Below the pieces are notes generated by a model. That model had not been told where the DNA came from. It was given only the letters and a program-made list of their open reading frames with translations, and made no database searches. A stretch of 64,000 nt of DNA, taken from positions 32,001 to 96,000 of the forward strand of contig CAVTET010000007.1 of the NCBI GenBank assembly GCA_963733675.1, in the 5' to 3' direction. Source of the stretch: an uncultured Methanosarcinaceae archaeon (GTDB lineage Archaea; Halobacteriota; Methanosarcinia; Methanosarcinales; Methanosarcinaceae). A program made the translations under genes and the position numbers. Of the stretch, positions 11,130-23,195 are shown in pieces; position 1 is the first letter of the stretch; each line of letters opens with the position of its first letter.

Positions 11130-11453
11130 ACTGAGTTGGACAATGAAATTGTTTCTTGTCACAAATTTAATTTATCATTCATCACTCGCGATTCTTATGA
11201 GTACAATAAAGTGTGGCTCGTGCAACTCACGTTAGAAATACCGAATACAAAGAAAATGATGGTAAATGGCAATATTTAAAACGGAAATTGATTGGAGCTA
11301 CGTTTGCAACACATGTTCAAGCTTTTAAGGATATACTTTGGGTTCTGTGCTGATTTGCACGGTTAATGGGAGTTTGACCATGTATTACAAGTCTGTAATA
11401 GGCAGAAAACAAATAAAGGAATGTAAAGAAAAGCAAACCAAGGAGACAAAATT

Positions 11454-12074
11454 ATGAAATGTTGTTTACAAAAATGTGACGCAGCTTGTGGTGAATGTGC
11501 AGACAGAGTCCCTAGGGCAATGTTTATTGTATTTATAATAAAAAATTTAAATTATATTGCTGAAGATATTGGAAGTTTATTGCTTTCTGTTGGGCATTCC
11601 TTTTTTGAAAAAGGTTGTTCAGACCATGAGCTGAGAACTGTCATTAGTGAAAAAATAGACGATCTTGTTTCATCTGGTGCGTGCAAGTTTGGCACAAAAG
11701 AATTGCTCATAGCAAACTATGACATCTTTTACTTGGAAATGAGTCGTTGGAACACACAACCATCTAATCTAGATGGCGGTAATAATAACCTAAAGCATAG
11801 AATATGGCATACAACTTATCGAATTGATACGGACATCCTTAGAATGGAAGAGAGAATCAAATGGCATATCAACGCAATAGAATGCAGTAACAATGTTATA
11901 AATGCAATCGAAGCTTTATTAAAAGCATATCGACCTGACAAATCATGGGATGAAATTATAACCGATCCTTCAAATAGTGAATACATTGGTATTTGTCAAA
12001 ATCTTCACTACTCAATGGGTCTGTATCACGATGAAATTACGAACTTTCTTCTAACAGAATTACAAATTAACTAA
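11454..12074 (+). CDS. Hypothetical protein
   Basis: 206 aa ORF with GGAG RBS and T-rich terminator. Confidence 0.65.
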   Translation: MKCCLQKCDAACGECADRVPRAMFIVFIIKNLNYIAEDIGSLLLSVGHSFFEKGCSDHELRTVISEKIDDLVSSGACKFGTKELLIANYDIFYLEMSRWNTQPSNLDGGNNNLKHRIWHTTYRIDTDILRMEERIKWHINAIECSNNVINAIEALLKAYRPDKSWDEIITDPSNSEYIGICQNLHYSMGLYHDEITNFLLTELQIN

Positions 12075-13312
12075 TTTTTTCTTGATGTACATCTATTCTA
12101 CTCAAATAAGGCTTCAATCGCTTTACAAATGGTAATTTGTTTATTGCAGAGTAGTAGTGGGACAGAATTTTGCTTTTTTTGAAATCCCACAAAAAAGGCC
12201 CTTAACTTCGACTAGAAATCAATAAAGTAACCTAGGGAGAATAAAAGCGAAACTATCGATATTTCAAAAAATCCACTAACAATGAAGGATTAATTTTGTA
12301 GTGAATTACGAAAATACGGTAGCTATTGAATACCAATAACATATTGCCATATTAGGCTGGTAAAGTGGTACTGGAAGTTAATTGATCCGGCCTGACTTTG
12401 ACAGTAAAGACCGAATAAGCAAAAATAAATGACATTTAACAATATCGATCTTGTTTTACTTTACTTAATTAACTAAGGTGATCTGGATGATCTTGAATAT
12501 CAAAAAGGTGATCTTGTGAGCTGCGGGCGAAGGGGATGCCTACAGCTCGATCTAATGCCTACTTGATTATATGGGTTATCTACTAATTATAATTAAATCT
12601 ACTTAATTATATATTTATATGAAAATATGTCCTAACTTAAACTAATTAGTATTAACATCACCTGTCCTAATCACGTGAATTATAAAATAGGGAAAGCCTT
12701 TTCATGCCCATCAATAACTGATTTCATCTAAGCCCCTCGAACCGGCTTATAATATATGAAAGGTAGAATAGATTCTACCCTACTCAAAAAATGCTTTAAA
12801 TCGTCCTAGAATCGATCTTCTTCAATTTTATTTAAGCAGTTTAGGCGACCAGGCTGATCTATAATACAAAAAAAGTTGATCTTGTAAGCTGCAGGGGTGG
12901 TTACCTGCAGCCCGGTAGAGAATCTGTTCTAAGGTTTGAGAGCCTATAAAATATAACTACATTTAAGTATACATACATTTTTCGCATATATTCTATATAA
13001 TGATAATTTAACTAAATAGTATTAGAAATATGTGGAATTATATCCCAAAATCGAAGCAAATGTCTTACTAAACTTAAATTATATAATTTCAATAATATAA
13101 AAATATATGGAAAAATATCTTGAAGGTACCTAGCGTGCAGAAGCATTCAAATTATGGGGTATTAGATTGGTCAAAAAGCGACTTAACCTGAGCTCACTAG
13201 TGAGACTTTTATAATAAGTTTGATGATTACCATTACCTTTTATAAAAAATGGCCCAGAACGCCTGAGAATGGCTCATCGTTGATCTGACGTAATTGGTTT
13301 AAGTAATGTGAT

Positions 13313-13438
13313 TTAAGACCATTTCACTAAGAGAAACAGAGTAAATATTCCTGCAAATATACCCACAAATACAACGCCAATCGTGACTTTAACTATAAAA
13401 TCTACTGATTGCTTCATCTTAATTTTGTCATCAAGCAT
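13313..13438 (-). CDS. 41-aa single-TM microprotein (copy 1)
   Basis: MLDDKIKMKQSVDFIVKVTIGVVFVGIFAGIFTLFLLVKWS; same-length copy at 54725-54850. Confidence 0.55.
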   Translation of the reverse strand: MLDDKIKMKQSVDFIVKVTIGVVFVGIFAGIFTLFLLVKWS

Positions 13439-13504
13439 GTAAATAATAACCACTTCCTGGTCAAAAGTCATCAATTACTTCGTTTTTTATTGATTTAAAT
13501 GATC

Positions 13505-13556
13505 AGGTTGATCTTGTGAGCTGCAGATGAAGAAACGCACAAGTCTGCAGCTCGAT
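13505..13556. other. Conserved GCTGCAG hairpin motif (one of 9 copies)
   Basis: GATCTTGT-GAGCTGCAGA-loop-TCTGCAGCTC; other copies near 12505, 12870, 14490, 29905, 30235, 36070, 37668, 54915. Confidence 0.7.
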
Positions 13557-13916
13557 AGTAGGTATTGTTGCATGAAAGCACTGACACAGTTGAGTTATAA
13601 ATAGATTTTATTGGTTATATATTGTTAAGAATATATTTTCCTAACTTAAACTAAGTAATACCACAATCATGTAGTCTTTATCTTTGGGCTGCTTAATGTC
13701 TTTGTATCTGCATGAATAGCAAACTTTTATGGGGATATAAACGTGAATATTTTGGATCTCTGGGTAAAAACGTTTGGTTCCGCCAAATAAGCCAAACTCT
13801 CTAAATAAATTTAAAAATACATCAATACTTATAGGTTGCAATTTATCTATATTGTACGGGTAATTTCTAAATATAAACCTGCATTAAATATAAAGAAGTA
13901 TATGGAGATATATAGT

Positions 13917-14054
13917 ATGATTCATTCAGATTCAAAAGTATTACCTATAATTAATAACGCTAACAATGCAGAAAAGATGGCTAAACCGGTGGCAGCTGAA
14001 TCGATCGTGAAAGCAGACTGTATAAAAACAGACTCTTCTACAAAGGCTGTTTAG
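13917..14054 (+). CDS. 45-aa peptide (copy 1)
   Basis: Same length and frame as 30848-30985; followed by T-tract. Confidence 0.45.
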   Translation: MIHSDSKVLPIINNANNAEKMAKPVAAESIVKADCIKTDSSTKAV

Positions 14055-15010
14055 ATATAACATTAATCACTTTTTCTTTTGATAACCCTTTTTTTCGCAT
14101 ACTAGTTTAATACTTCATTGACATTTTGATCTTCACACTCTTACATAATAAATACGATATCTAATTATTTAGGAATAGCAGTTGTCATTTTTATTCCAGT
14201 ATTTACTTGATAAACCTGTGATGTTTAGAGAGTTTGATCTTTTTTAGATATATTCTCATTTCATGACTAAAACTAAGAACATTATGTAGTCATTATTTCA
14301 AAAAGTATACCAGTTGGGAATCTTCCTGATTATCAATAATTGACTGCATCTCAACCCCAACAGCATGTTTACAATTCCTGTAATAGGAGTTGAGTATCTA
14401 ATTCCTAAAAATGCCTAGATCGACCAATAATCGATCTTTGTATGCTTTATTTAAATGGTGTAGGTGAAACAGGGGCAAATCTGAAATGTCAAAAAAGTTG
14501 ATCTTGTGAACTGCAGGATGCCGGTTCCTACAGCCTATGAGTTGAGTGTAATTGAAGGTTTGAGAGAGTTTTGTAGTTATAATTATATTAGATTAGATAT
14601 ATATAGTTTTTGTATATATGGCAAATAGTATTCATGTGGACTAAATCGTACTAGATATATGTAAAACGTCATCTCTAAATCAAAACAACCACTTCCGGCA
14701 ACTTGGTTTATATATATTAAAAGTTATAAATATATATAGAAAATATCGTGAAGTCACTTACCGTGCAGTCAAATTTGGAACATGGGGAATTAAATTGGTC
14801 GAAAAGCGACTTAACCTGAGCTCACTAGTAAGACTTTTATTGTGAGTATTATGAACAACATTACCTTTGTAAAAAGACGTCTTAAAACGGCTGAGAATGG
14901 CTCACGTTGATCTAATGCGTATAAGCCCCGCTTCTATGCAAAACAAAACGAACTAAATATTAAAATACAAGACTAGCTGATATTTATTGTAAAGTAAAAA
15001 CGGTGATCAT

Positions 15011-15433
15011 ATGGTTCGTCCTTCAAAACTGACTCCTGATATACAAAAAAAAATCGGTGAAAATATTGCACTAGGGTTAACTTATAGATTGGCTGCCGAA
15101 TCGGCTGGTGTAACTTACAAAACGTTCAACGAATGGATGAACAGGGGCAAGACAGAGAAATCTGGAAAATATTATCTATTTTATAAGTACATTCAAAAGC
15201 GGAATGCTGATGCCGCAAAAGTCCTCCTGGAACGTTTAAACAAAGCAGCAGATGCTGGAAATTGTCAAGTTTGTATGTGGGTGCTCGAACGCCGTTTTAG
15301 TGACGACTTTGGAAGGCGGATCTATAGGAAAACAAATGTTATCTCAGAGAACATAAATGAAAATGTTGAACTAACGATCGAGGAAGGAGATCAAATAAGA
15401 AAACAAATTTTAGCGAAGTTTGATCGGAGTTAG
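15011..15433 (+). CDS. Terminase small subunit-like HTH protein (intact copy)
   Basis: MxRPSKLT...AAESAGVTYKTFNEW HTH and C-terminal W.LERRF..DFGR pattern recalled from phage TerS-like proteins. Confidence 0.65.
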   Translation: MVRPSKLTPDIQKKIGENIALGLTYRLAAESAGVTYKTFNEWMNRGKTEKSGKYYLFYKYIQKRNADAAKVLLERLNKAADAGNCQVCMWVLERRFSDDFGRRIYRKTNVISENINENVELTIEEGDQIRKQILAKFDRS

Positions 15434-15542
15434 AAAAATCACCAGTTATTAGCTGATTAAGATTTTCTTATCTAAAACTGAGATGTTTTTAACAGAGAGT
15501 TATTCACTACTAATATAATCCTATGATCAATTGTAGCTGGAC

Positions 15543-16022
15543 TTACCAAAATCGCCACCATGGTTTACTTTTTTCTGCGGTCTCCGGAAGCAGCTTAATG
15601 TTTAGCCTGCTATTTTCTTGAATTACCGACTGCAAAGAAAACGCCTGTTTGTCTATCTGTTGATCCTTAATTGCTATTTGATTATCTTTTATCGCGATTT
15701 GCCCTTTCAAAAATTCCACTTGCGCCAATGCGTCAGAAAGTCTCGATTTCAATTCAATGGCGCCGTTGGTGTCATGGTTGTCACCATCGGCGTAATCGTT
15801 GGCGTCAACGTTGGCGTTACGGGCGTCTGTGCTTTTGTACGTGGTGCCACGGTTGGTGCCAGTGGTGCCGCTTGGCGCAATGGCGCCTTCCTTTATTTCT
15901 ACGAGAAGTTCTAAAGCTTCGTTTATAGCTTGCGCCGCACTGGCGTAATGCTGGCGTATCCTGGTGTCTAACTCTTTTGTTATTCTTGCTGACACACGTA
16001 TCCGGTCTTCTACTGGCGCCAT
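15543..16022 (-). CDS. RHH-like DNA-binding / coiled-coil protein ending KPWWRFW
   Basis: N-terminal RVSARI strand plus helices, heptad KDNQI/KDQQI coiled coil, aromatic amphipathic tail; paralogs at 28534 and 56112. Confidence 0.75.
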   Translation of the reverse strand: MAPVEDRIRVSARITKELDTRIRQHYASAAQAINEALELLVEIKEGAIAPSGTTGTNRGTTYKSTDARNANVDANDYADGDNHDTNGAIELKSRLSDALAQVEFLKGQIAIKDNQIAIKDQQIDKQAFSLQSVIQENSRLNIKLLPETAEKSKPWWRFW

Positions 16023-16504
16023 AGTTGGATATATTTGGCGCCAGTTTTAAAAAGGTATCGTTTGTCATTAGTAAAGTAGCTTAGAAGATCGATATTGATC
16101 CACACGAGATATTTTTTATTTTCATAATGTATGCAATCATGTATTCAAACTGTAACAAATTATTTTTACAATATCAAAAGACTCTCTTAATCATATAAAT
16201 CAACGCTTGCCAAATTTAACAAACGCTGTTTTGGCGGTGGTGAGAGAATATAAAAAATGTAAATTGTCAGGATTATCTAAATAAAGATATAAATAAAAAA
16301 TATTTACTAGTTAACGATTGTTGGTCTTTAGTGCATTATTGTACAAAAAACTCATTGTAAGTGCGTATGAAATATAGGATTTTTTTTGATCATATAATAC
16401 AACACAGTATGTTTTAACAATAGATTATTATAAAAATAATTTTCTTGAATTCACTTAACTTAAAATCGATATTCAGTGGATGTATGACAGTTAACCTATG
16501 TTTT

Positions 16505-16813
16505 TCTTACTATTTTTTTGCATTTACTGGGGGGTATAAATCGGTAGAATCTTGAATATTCCTGTAAACTATGGAATGATTGAGATTATAGACACATAGG
16601 TAAAAATTGGTAGTGTCGCGAATTTGCTGTAAATTCAAGGTTGGATTTCTGTTTACGGTTTTAAATTTTGTTCTTCGCACATAAACTTTTCTACCCAATG
16701 ACTTTTAGGTATTTCGATTTTACAGAAAAATCGGCACGCTTTAACAAAGTTAACAGGCAAGTAAAAGAGTCATGGACTAACCTATTGGAGTCAATAAAAC
16801 TGCACTTTGAAGC
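16505..16813 (-). repeat. Right ~310 bp inverted repeat
   Basis: Ends ...GGAGTCAATAAAACTGCACTTTGAAGC; reverse complement of 4813-5120. Confidence 0.9.
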
Positions 16814-17072
16814 TTTTTAAGCTTTTAAATAGACTCATATAGCTACCTGTATTGAAAGTCGTTTCCTCGCTTTTTTAACAACTAACTCAGAAGGAGGGAT
16901 AAGATCATCAGAGAAAATAGGTATCTATAACCAAGAGTAAAAATTTAAAATAACTACTTACATAATAGTATATTGTAGCATATACCAAATTGATCAAAAA
17001 AAGTAAGAAATATCGGCGGATTTGTACGATGAACCGAGAAATAAATATGAACGCAGAAAAGGAGATTGAGTA

Positions 17073-17562
17073 ATGGCAACTTTAACAGTTCTGAAGTTTG
17101 ACACCGCTGATGGTGCAGAAAATGAACTTGAAGTAATTGAAGATTTAAGTAAGCAACAAATGATAAAACTACACGATGCAGCTATAGTCACTTGGCCTGA
17201 GGGGAAAAATAAACCAAAAACAAAGCATTTGATCAATTTAACTCGCATAGGTGCACTGAGTAGCGCTTTTTGGGGGTTGTTATTTGGGATTCTCTTCTTT
17301 ATTCCTTTGGTTGGTATAGCCGCTGGGGCTGCGCTAGGTGCGGTAGTGGGTTCAATGAAACATGTGGGGATCGAATGAAGATTTCATAAAATCTATCCGC
17401 AGCAAGGTGACTGAAGGAACTTCAGCTCTCTTTCTTATGACTAGCGATGCCGTGGAAGATAGGGTAATAGAAGCTATGAAAAAATCCAAGTTTGAAATCA
17501 TTGCCACCAACATGTCAAAGGAAGAAGAAGAAAAGATGCGTGCAACCTTTGCAGAAGAATAA
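17073..17562 (+). pseudogene. DUF1269-family membrane protein, frameshifted near 17370
   Basis: MATLTVLKF...DAAIVTW...FWGLLFG plus second frame EDFIKSIRSKVTEGTSALFL...TNMSKEEE. Confidence 0.8.
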
Positions 17563-17684
17563 AGTTCGCCAAAAAATTCAGTTTTACCAGGGAGTAAACT
17601 CTCTGGGAACTACTTTTGAAAATATACATTCTATGCACATCGTTTCACATAATTGCATTAAATGAGCTAAATTACTAATCGTGT

Positions 17685-17771
17685 GCGAGAGTAGCACAAT
17701 TAGTCGAACTACATCAGATTTAGAATCTAATTTTGTAGGAGTTCTGTGTTCAAATAGTACCTCTCGCACCA
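17685..17771 (+). pseudogene. Degenerate tRNA-Leu(TAG)-like sequence
   Basis: Acceptor stem GCGAGAG/CTCTCGC + ACCA; anticodon arm CAGAT-TTAGA-ATCT; long variable arm GTAGGAGTT; GTTCAAAT loop; D and T stems broken. Confidence 0.7.
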
Positions 17772-17787
17772 AGTAGGAGTTGAGATT

Positions 17788-17937
17788 ATGGAAGAAACAA
17801 TCTGGTATCCTTCAGAATGGAAATGTAAATGCCCACACTGTGAAGCAACTAACACATGTTCTGTGCCTCAGAAAGATCTTGTGTGCACAGAATGTGGAAA
17901 AGCATTTGCAGTTTCTGTAGCGCATACAGAAGAGTAA
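17788..17937 (+). CDS. 49-aa zinc-finger microprotein (CPHC...CTECG)
   Basis: GGAG RBS; MEETIWYPSEWKCKCPHCEATNTCSVPQKDLVCTECGKAFAV. Confidence 0.75.
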   Translation: MEETIWYPSEWKCKCPHCEATNTCSVPQKDLVCTECGKAFAVSVAHTEE

Positions 17938-18122
17938 TTAAGCCATATATCAGAGAAATCTAATTTGCTAGCAATAGGGCTTACACAGTTGAACTGAAAA
18001 ATCTATAGCATTAAACCACATTGTTTATTGTACTTAATTTTACATCTCAAATGTGTAGGGCCAAATAAGTATATTTCAACGACATGAAATTCCACTGCAA
18101 AAATGAAAATCTCATAATTTAT

Positions 18123-18181
18123 GGTTGTGGTGCAAAAATAATATTTCTGCGGTTTGATACTATAATTTTTGCAACGGAACC
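18123..18181. mobile_element. Ultra-short IS6-type TIR remnant
   Basis: GGTTGTGGTGCAAAA...TTTTGCAACGGAACC; right end identical to the IS6 TIR. Confidence 0.5.
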
Positions 18182-18219
18182 ATCAATCCTTCATAGAATT
18201 GCTGCTGAATTTGAATTGT

Positions 18220-18489
18220 TTAATCTTTTTCCCAGAATTCCTCAGCTTCTCTTTCCATCTTTTCCAGCCTGTCATAGTAATCCGGAAATTCATTCAGGTG
18301 CGCCAGAGCAATTTTTCCAATCATTAGAGGATCATCGTTTGTAACATTCGTTAAACTGTCCCTGGTGCCATGTTCAAGTTCCACGTCCATGCCACACCTG
18401 AACTGGTCAACATCGAATTTATCCCATTTCAGTCCCAGTTTTTCTCCAATTGCTTTTGCTTCTTCAGCCGTAAATACCAAAATTATCAA
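18220..18489 (-). CDS. DUF5661-like conserved small protein
   Basis: GMDVELEHG...KIALAHLNEFPDYYDRL motif. Confidence 0.75.
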   Translation of the reverse strand: MIILVFTAEEAKAIGEKLGLKWDKFDVDQFRCGMDVELEHGTRDSLTNVTNDDPLMIGKIALAHLNEFPDYYDRLEKMEREAEEFWEKD

Positions 18490-18635
18490 CTCAAATAACT
18501 AATAATACTTATTTTATAGATAAGGATACTCGCGCTAAAAATGAGTTGTATATATGGTCCAGTTGCAAAAATATTATTTATGCAATAACAGTATTAGTTG
18601 CTGTGTCTATAACTAAAACAATGTTATAAACAAAG

Positions 18636-19086
18636 TCAGCCACATATACTTTTTTTCCGTCTGCAGTTGCTGCAAATGCCAAATATGTTAAAATTCCATC
18701 CTCCAGCAGAAAAATCTACTTCATTTGATATCCGATCCACAATTTTAGAAATAAGGGGATATGTGCAGTCATTGATGCTTTTGCACTGGAGGCAAACCAA
18801 ATGCGTGTGTGGCTTCATATTGGGATCAAATCTGGCCTGATCTTTATCTAAATTCAATTTCTGGATCAAACCTGCCTCTTTCAAAATTTAGAACAGTTTT
18901 ATAAATTGTTGCAAGACTGACTGTTGGATAAACCTTCTTTACTTCACTATAAATTCCCTGAGCCGTTGGGTGGGCATGAGTGTGGAGAACAAATTGACCG
19001 ATCACTATTATCTGGGGCGTGGCCTTGTATCCTTTTTCGTGGAGAGCTTTGATTATGGATGAGTATGAGTCCTGAAGGCTATTCAT
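18636..19086 (-). pseudogene. Fur/PerR-family regulator, frameshifted
   Basis: HPTA..IY...VSLATIYKT in one frame; HTHLVCLQC...GICSNC in another; divergent from katG. Confidence 0.85.
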
Positions 19087-19523
19087 ATCCCATTATTATG
19101 TAATAATCAATATTAACTAGATATCCATGGTTATAGTAGTTGAATACTGAACTGGAATAAGTTCTTCAAGGATAGTAAAATATTAGTAATGATTAAAGGA
19201 GGAAATATAGATAAAATAGGAGTCATAAGATCTAAAGTAACAAACTTCCAGGATTGGAAAGTAAAATTCGACAAGAGGATGAAGATTTGAAAAAATAGCG
19301 AATGGGCTTTACATGAGCTGTATTATGATGAAGCCTATTAAGAGGCTTATGTCGTTCATATCTTAAAAGATGACAAATTGGACATGGCAAAACAGCATTT
19401 AAGAATTTCAAGCACGTGGGAAGCGAACCGAAATTAGGTCTTCTAGCAATCGGAACTCAATTCTTCCAAGAGGAGACAAGATTGAAGAGATTGCATACCA
19501 GAGATTTATTCTTGAATTTTTAG

Positions 19524-21737
<2,214 letters not shown>

Positions 21738-22069
21738 TCGTAGTATAAACGTCTTCAAGGGCTTGAAGATCTTCAAAACAAACGACTGTGCTCAGGCTGA
21801 AGAAAGGTATCGGTCGCTTGATAAGACAGGATAGGAACATATGATTGGCAACCTTGTGGCCGACCTGAGCCATGTCACCATTTTAGCTATTCAAAGATGT
21901 GCAATCGAAAACTTGCGGTAGGCTGATGAGACTTTGGCAACATATGCAGCAAAAGGGTTGAGCCTTTAGATGTTGAGTGGGGCCTGATAGACTTTACTGA
22001 TCTATGAAGAGACACAGATCATTCAAGTTCCTCTCGATTTATAAGTTTTGAATTAGAACTAGTGAGAGA

Positions 22070-22343
22070 ATGAAGAGCTTAAAGGGAACTAAGACCTAGA
22101 AGAATGTATTGCTGTCCTTCGCCGTAGAATCTCAGGCCAGGAATAGATAAAACTATTTTGAATTTCAGGCCAAAGAAGAAAGCCATGAGCAGATAGCAGC
22201 CAATTCCTGGACAGCAGACAATGAAAAAGAGCATGCTAAGATATTTTTCAAGCTTTTAGAAGGTGGAGAAGCGAAGATCACAGGTGCATTCCCTGCCAGA
22301 GTAATCGGGAACACCTTGGCAAATCTCAAAGCTGCTGGTGCCA
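22070..22343 (+). pseudogene. Rubrerythrin fragment
   Basis: MKSLKGTKT...ESQARNR*...TADNEKEHAKIFFKLLEGG...IGNTLANLKAA with stop and frameshifts. Confidence 0.8.
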
Positions 22344-22472
22344 TGTTTTTACACTTCATTTTATTCCTCAAAGTAATAACACCCCCCACTCCCCAATATC
22401 AAAAAACCGATGCCTATTTACTTTTTTAACTTCTTTCTCTTTAACTAAGCTTTAAATGTGTACAGCCTATTT

Positions 22473-22503
22473 ATACATAGGTTTTGTATCAAAATCTCTT
22501 TAT
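22473..22503. other. 31-bp palindromic recombination-like site
   Basis: ATACATAGGTTT-TGTATCA-AAATCTCTTTAT. Confidence 0.55.
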
Positions 22504-22794
22504 TTCCTAAATTTCACAAGAAATAAAAAATATTGATTTAATTCTCATGGAACCCTTGGGACTCATAGAGCATAAACATATGAAGCGTTTTGTAGCTTAC
22601 ATCATAACTCAGACTAGCAAACATAAAAGCAAATTGAACTGAAAAAAACAGGATTATGAAACAACTTAGCGGATTGTTACAGATCCTAAATTTAAATTAA
22701 ATACTAATAATTTGACGTTAAAATACTTATCTGTATATATTATAAAATTTAACCGTTACTTTTTTTAAGTAGAAATAGTTTGAAAAATCAAATC

Positions 22795-23195
22795 CAAAAT
22801 TAAATGTCAAAAAACAAATTTTCGATATTAATAGATCCACTATAGACTGAAGTGGCACCCCCTCTATTGACATTTAAACATATAATTTTGTGCTGAAAAA
22901 AATCCAAATGGAAAGTTTTGATTTATAAAAAGTAAGAAGTCTCGTGTCATGTTTATGATTTACATATATAAATAATTTATTATTTTATCTAACATAATTG
23001 ATTTTTTACCTTCAATATTTTAATGTCAATTGGGGGGTGTATGCCAGCATTTCACTACTTAGCCGATATGGAATTAAATGTCAATCTGGCAAAAAATAGC
23101 TTTAATTTCTTAACATTTGGATTAAACGTCATAAATGTCTATAGTTGTCTCACAAAAATAGACATAATCTTACATACCTCAAATGACATTTAATT
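22795..23195. promoter_or_regulatory. Candidate cdc6-adjacent replication origin
   Basis: Inverted G-string boxes at 22855-22878 and 23018-23039 flanking an AT-rich ~140 bp stretch; further AAATGTCA copies at about 22801, 23075, 23132, 23183. Confidence 0.6.

Larger units (their letters stand above)
4813..16813. mobile_element. 12.0 kb TIR-bounded integrated element with primase-helicase replication module and TerS-like gene
   Basis: About 310 bp inverted repeats at both ends; virus/plasmid-type gene content; interrupts the HEPN gene. Confidence 0.7.

Noticed and set aside
12500-14540. CRISPR array formed by the GCTGCAG hairpin repeats
   Set aside because: Spacing is hundreds of bp and irregular, repeats are degenerate, and no cas genes are present.
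15618-16068. Alternative-frame ORFs over the coiled-coil gene
   Set aside because: By-products of the GC-rich repeat array; only the minus-strand frame has paralogs.
4813-16813. Casposon or Polinton-like identity
   Set aside because: No Cas1, family B polymerase or integrase ORF, and no target-site duplication seen.
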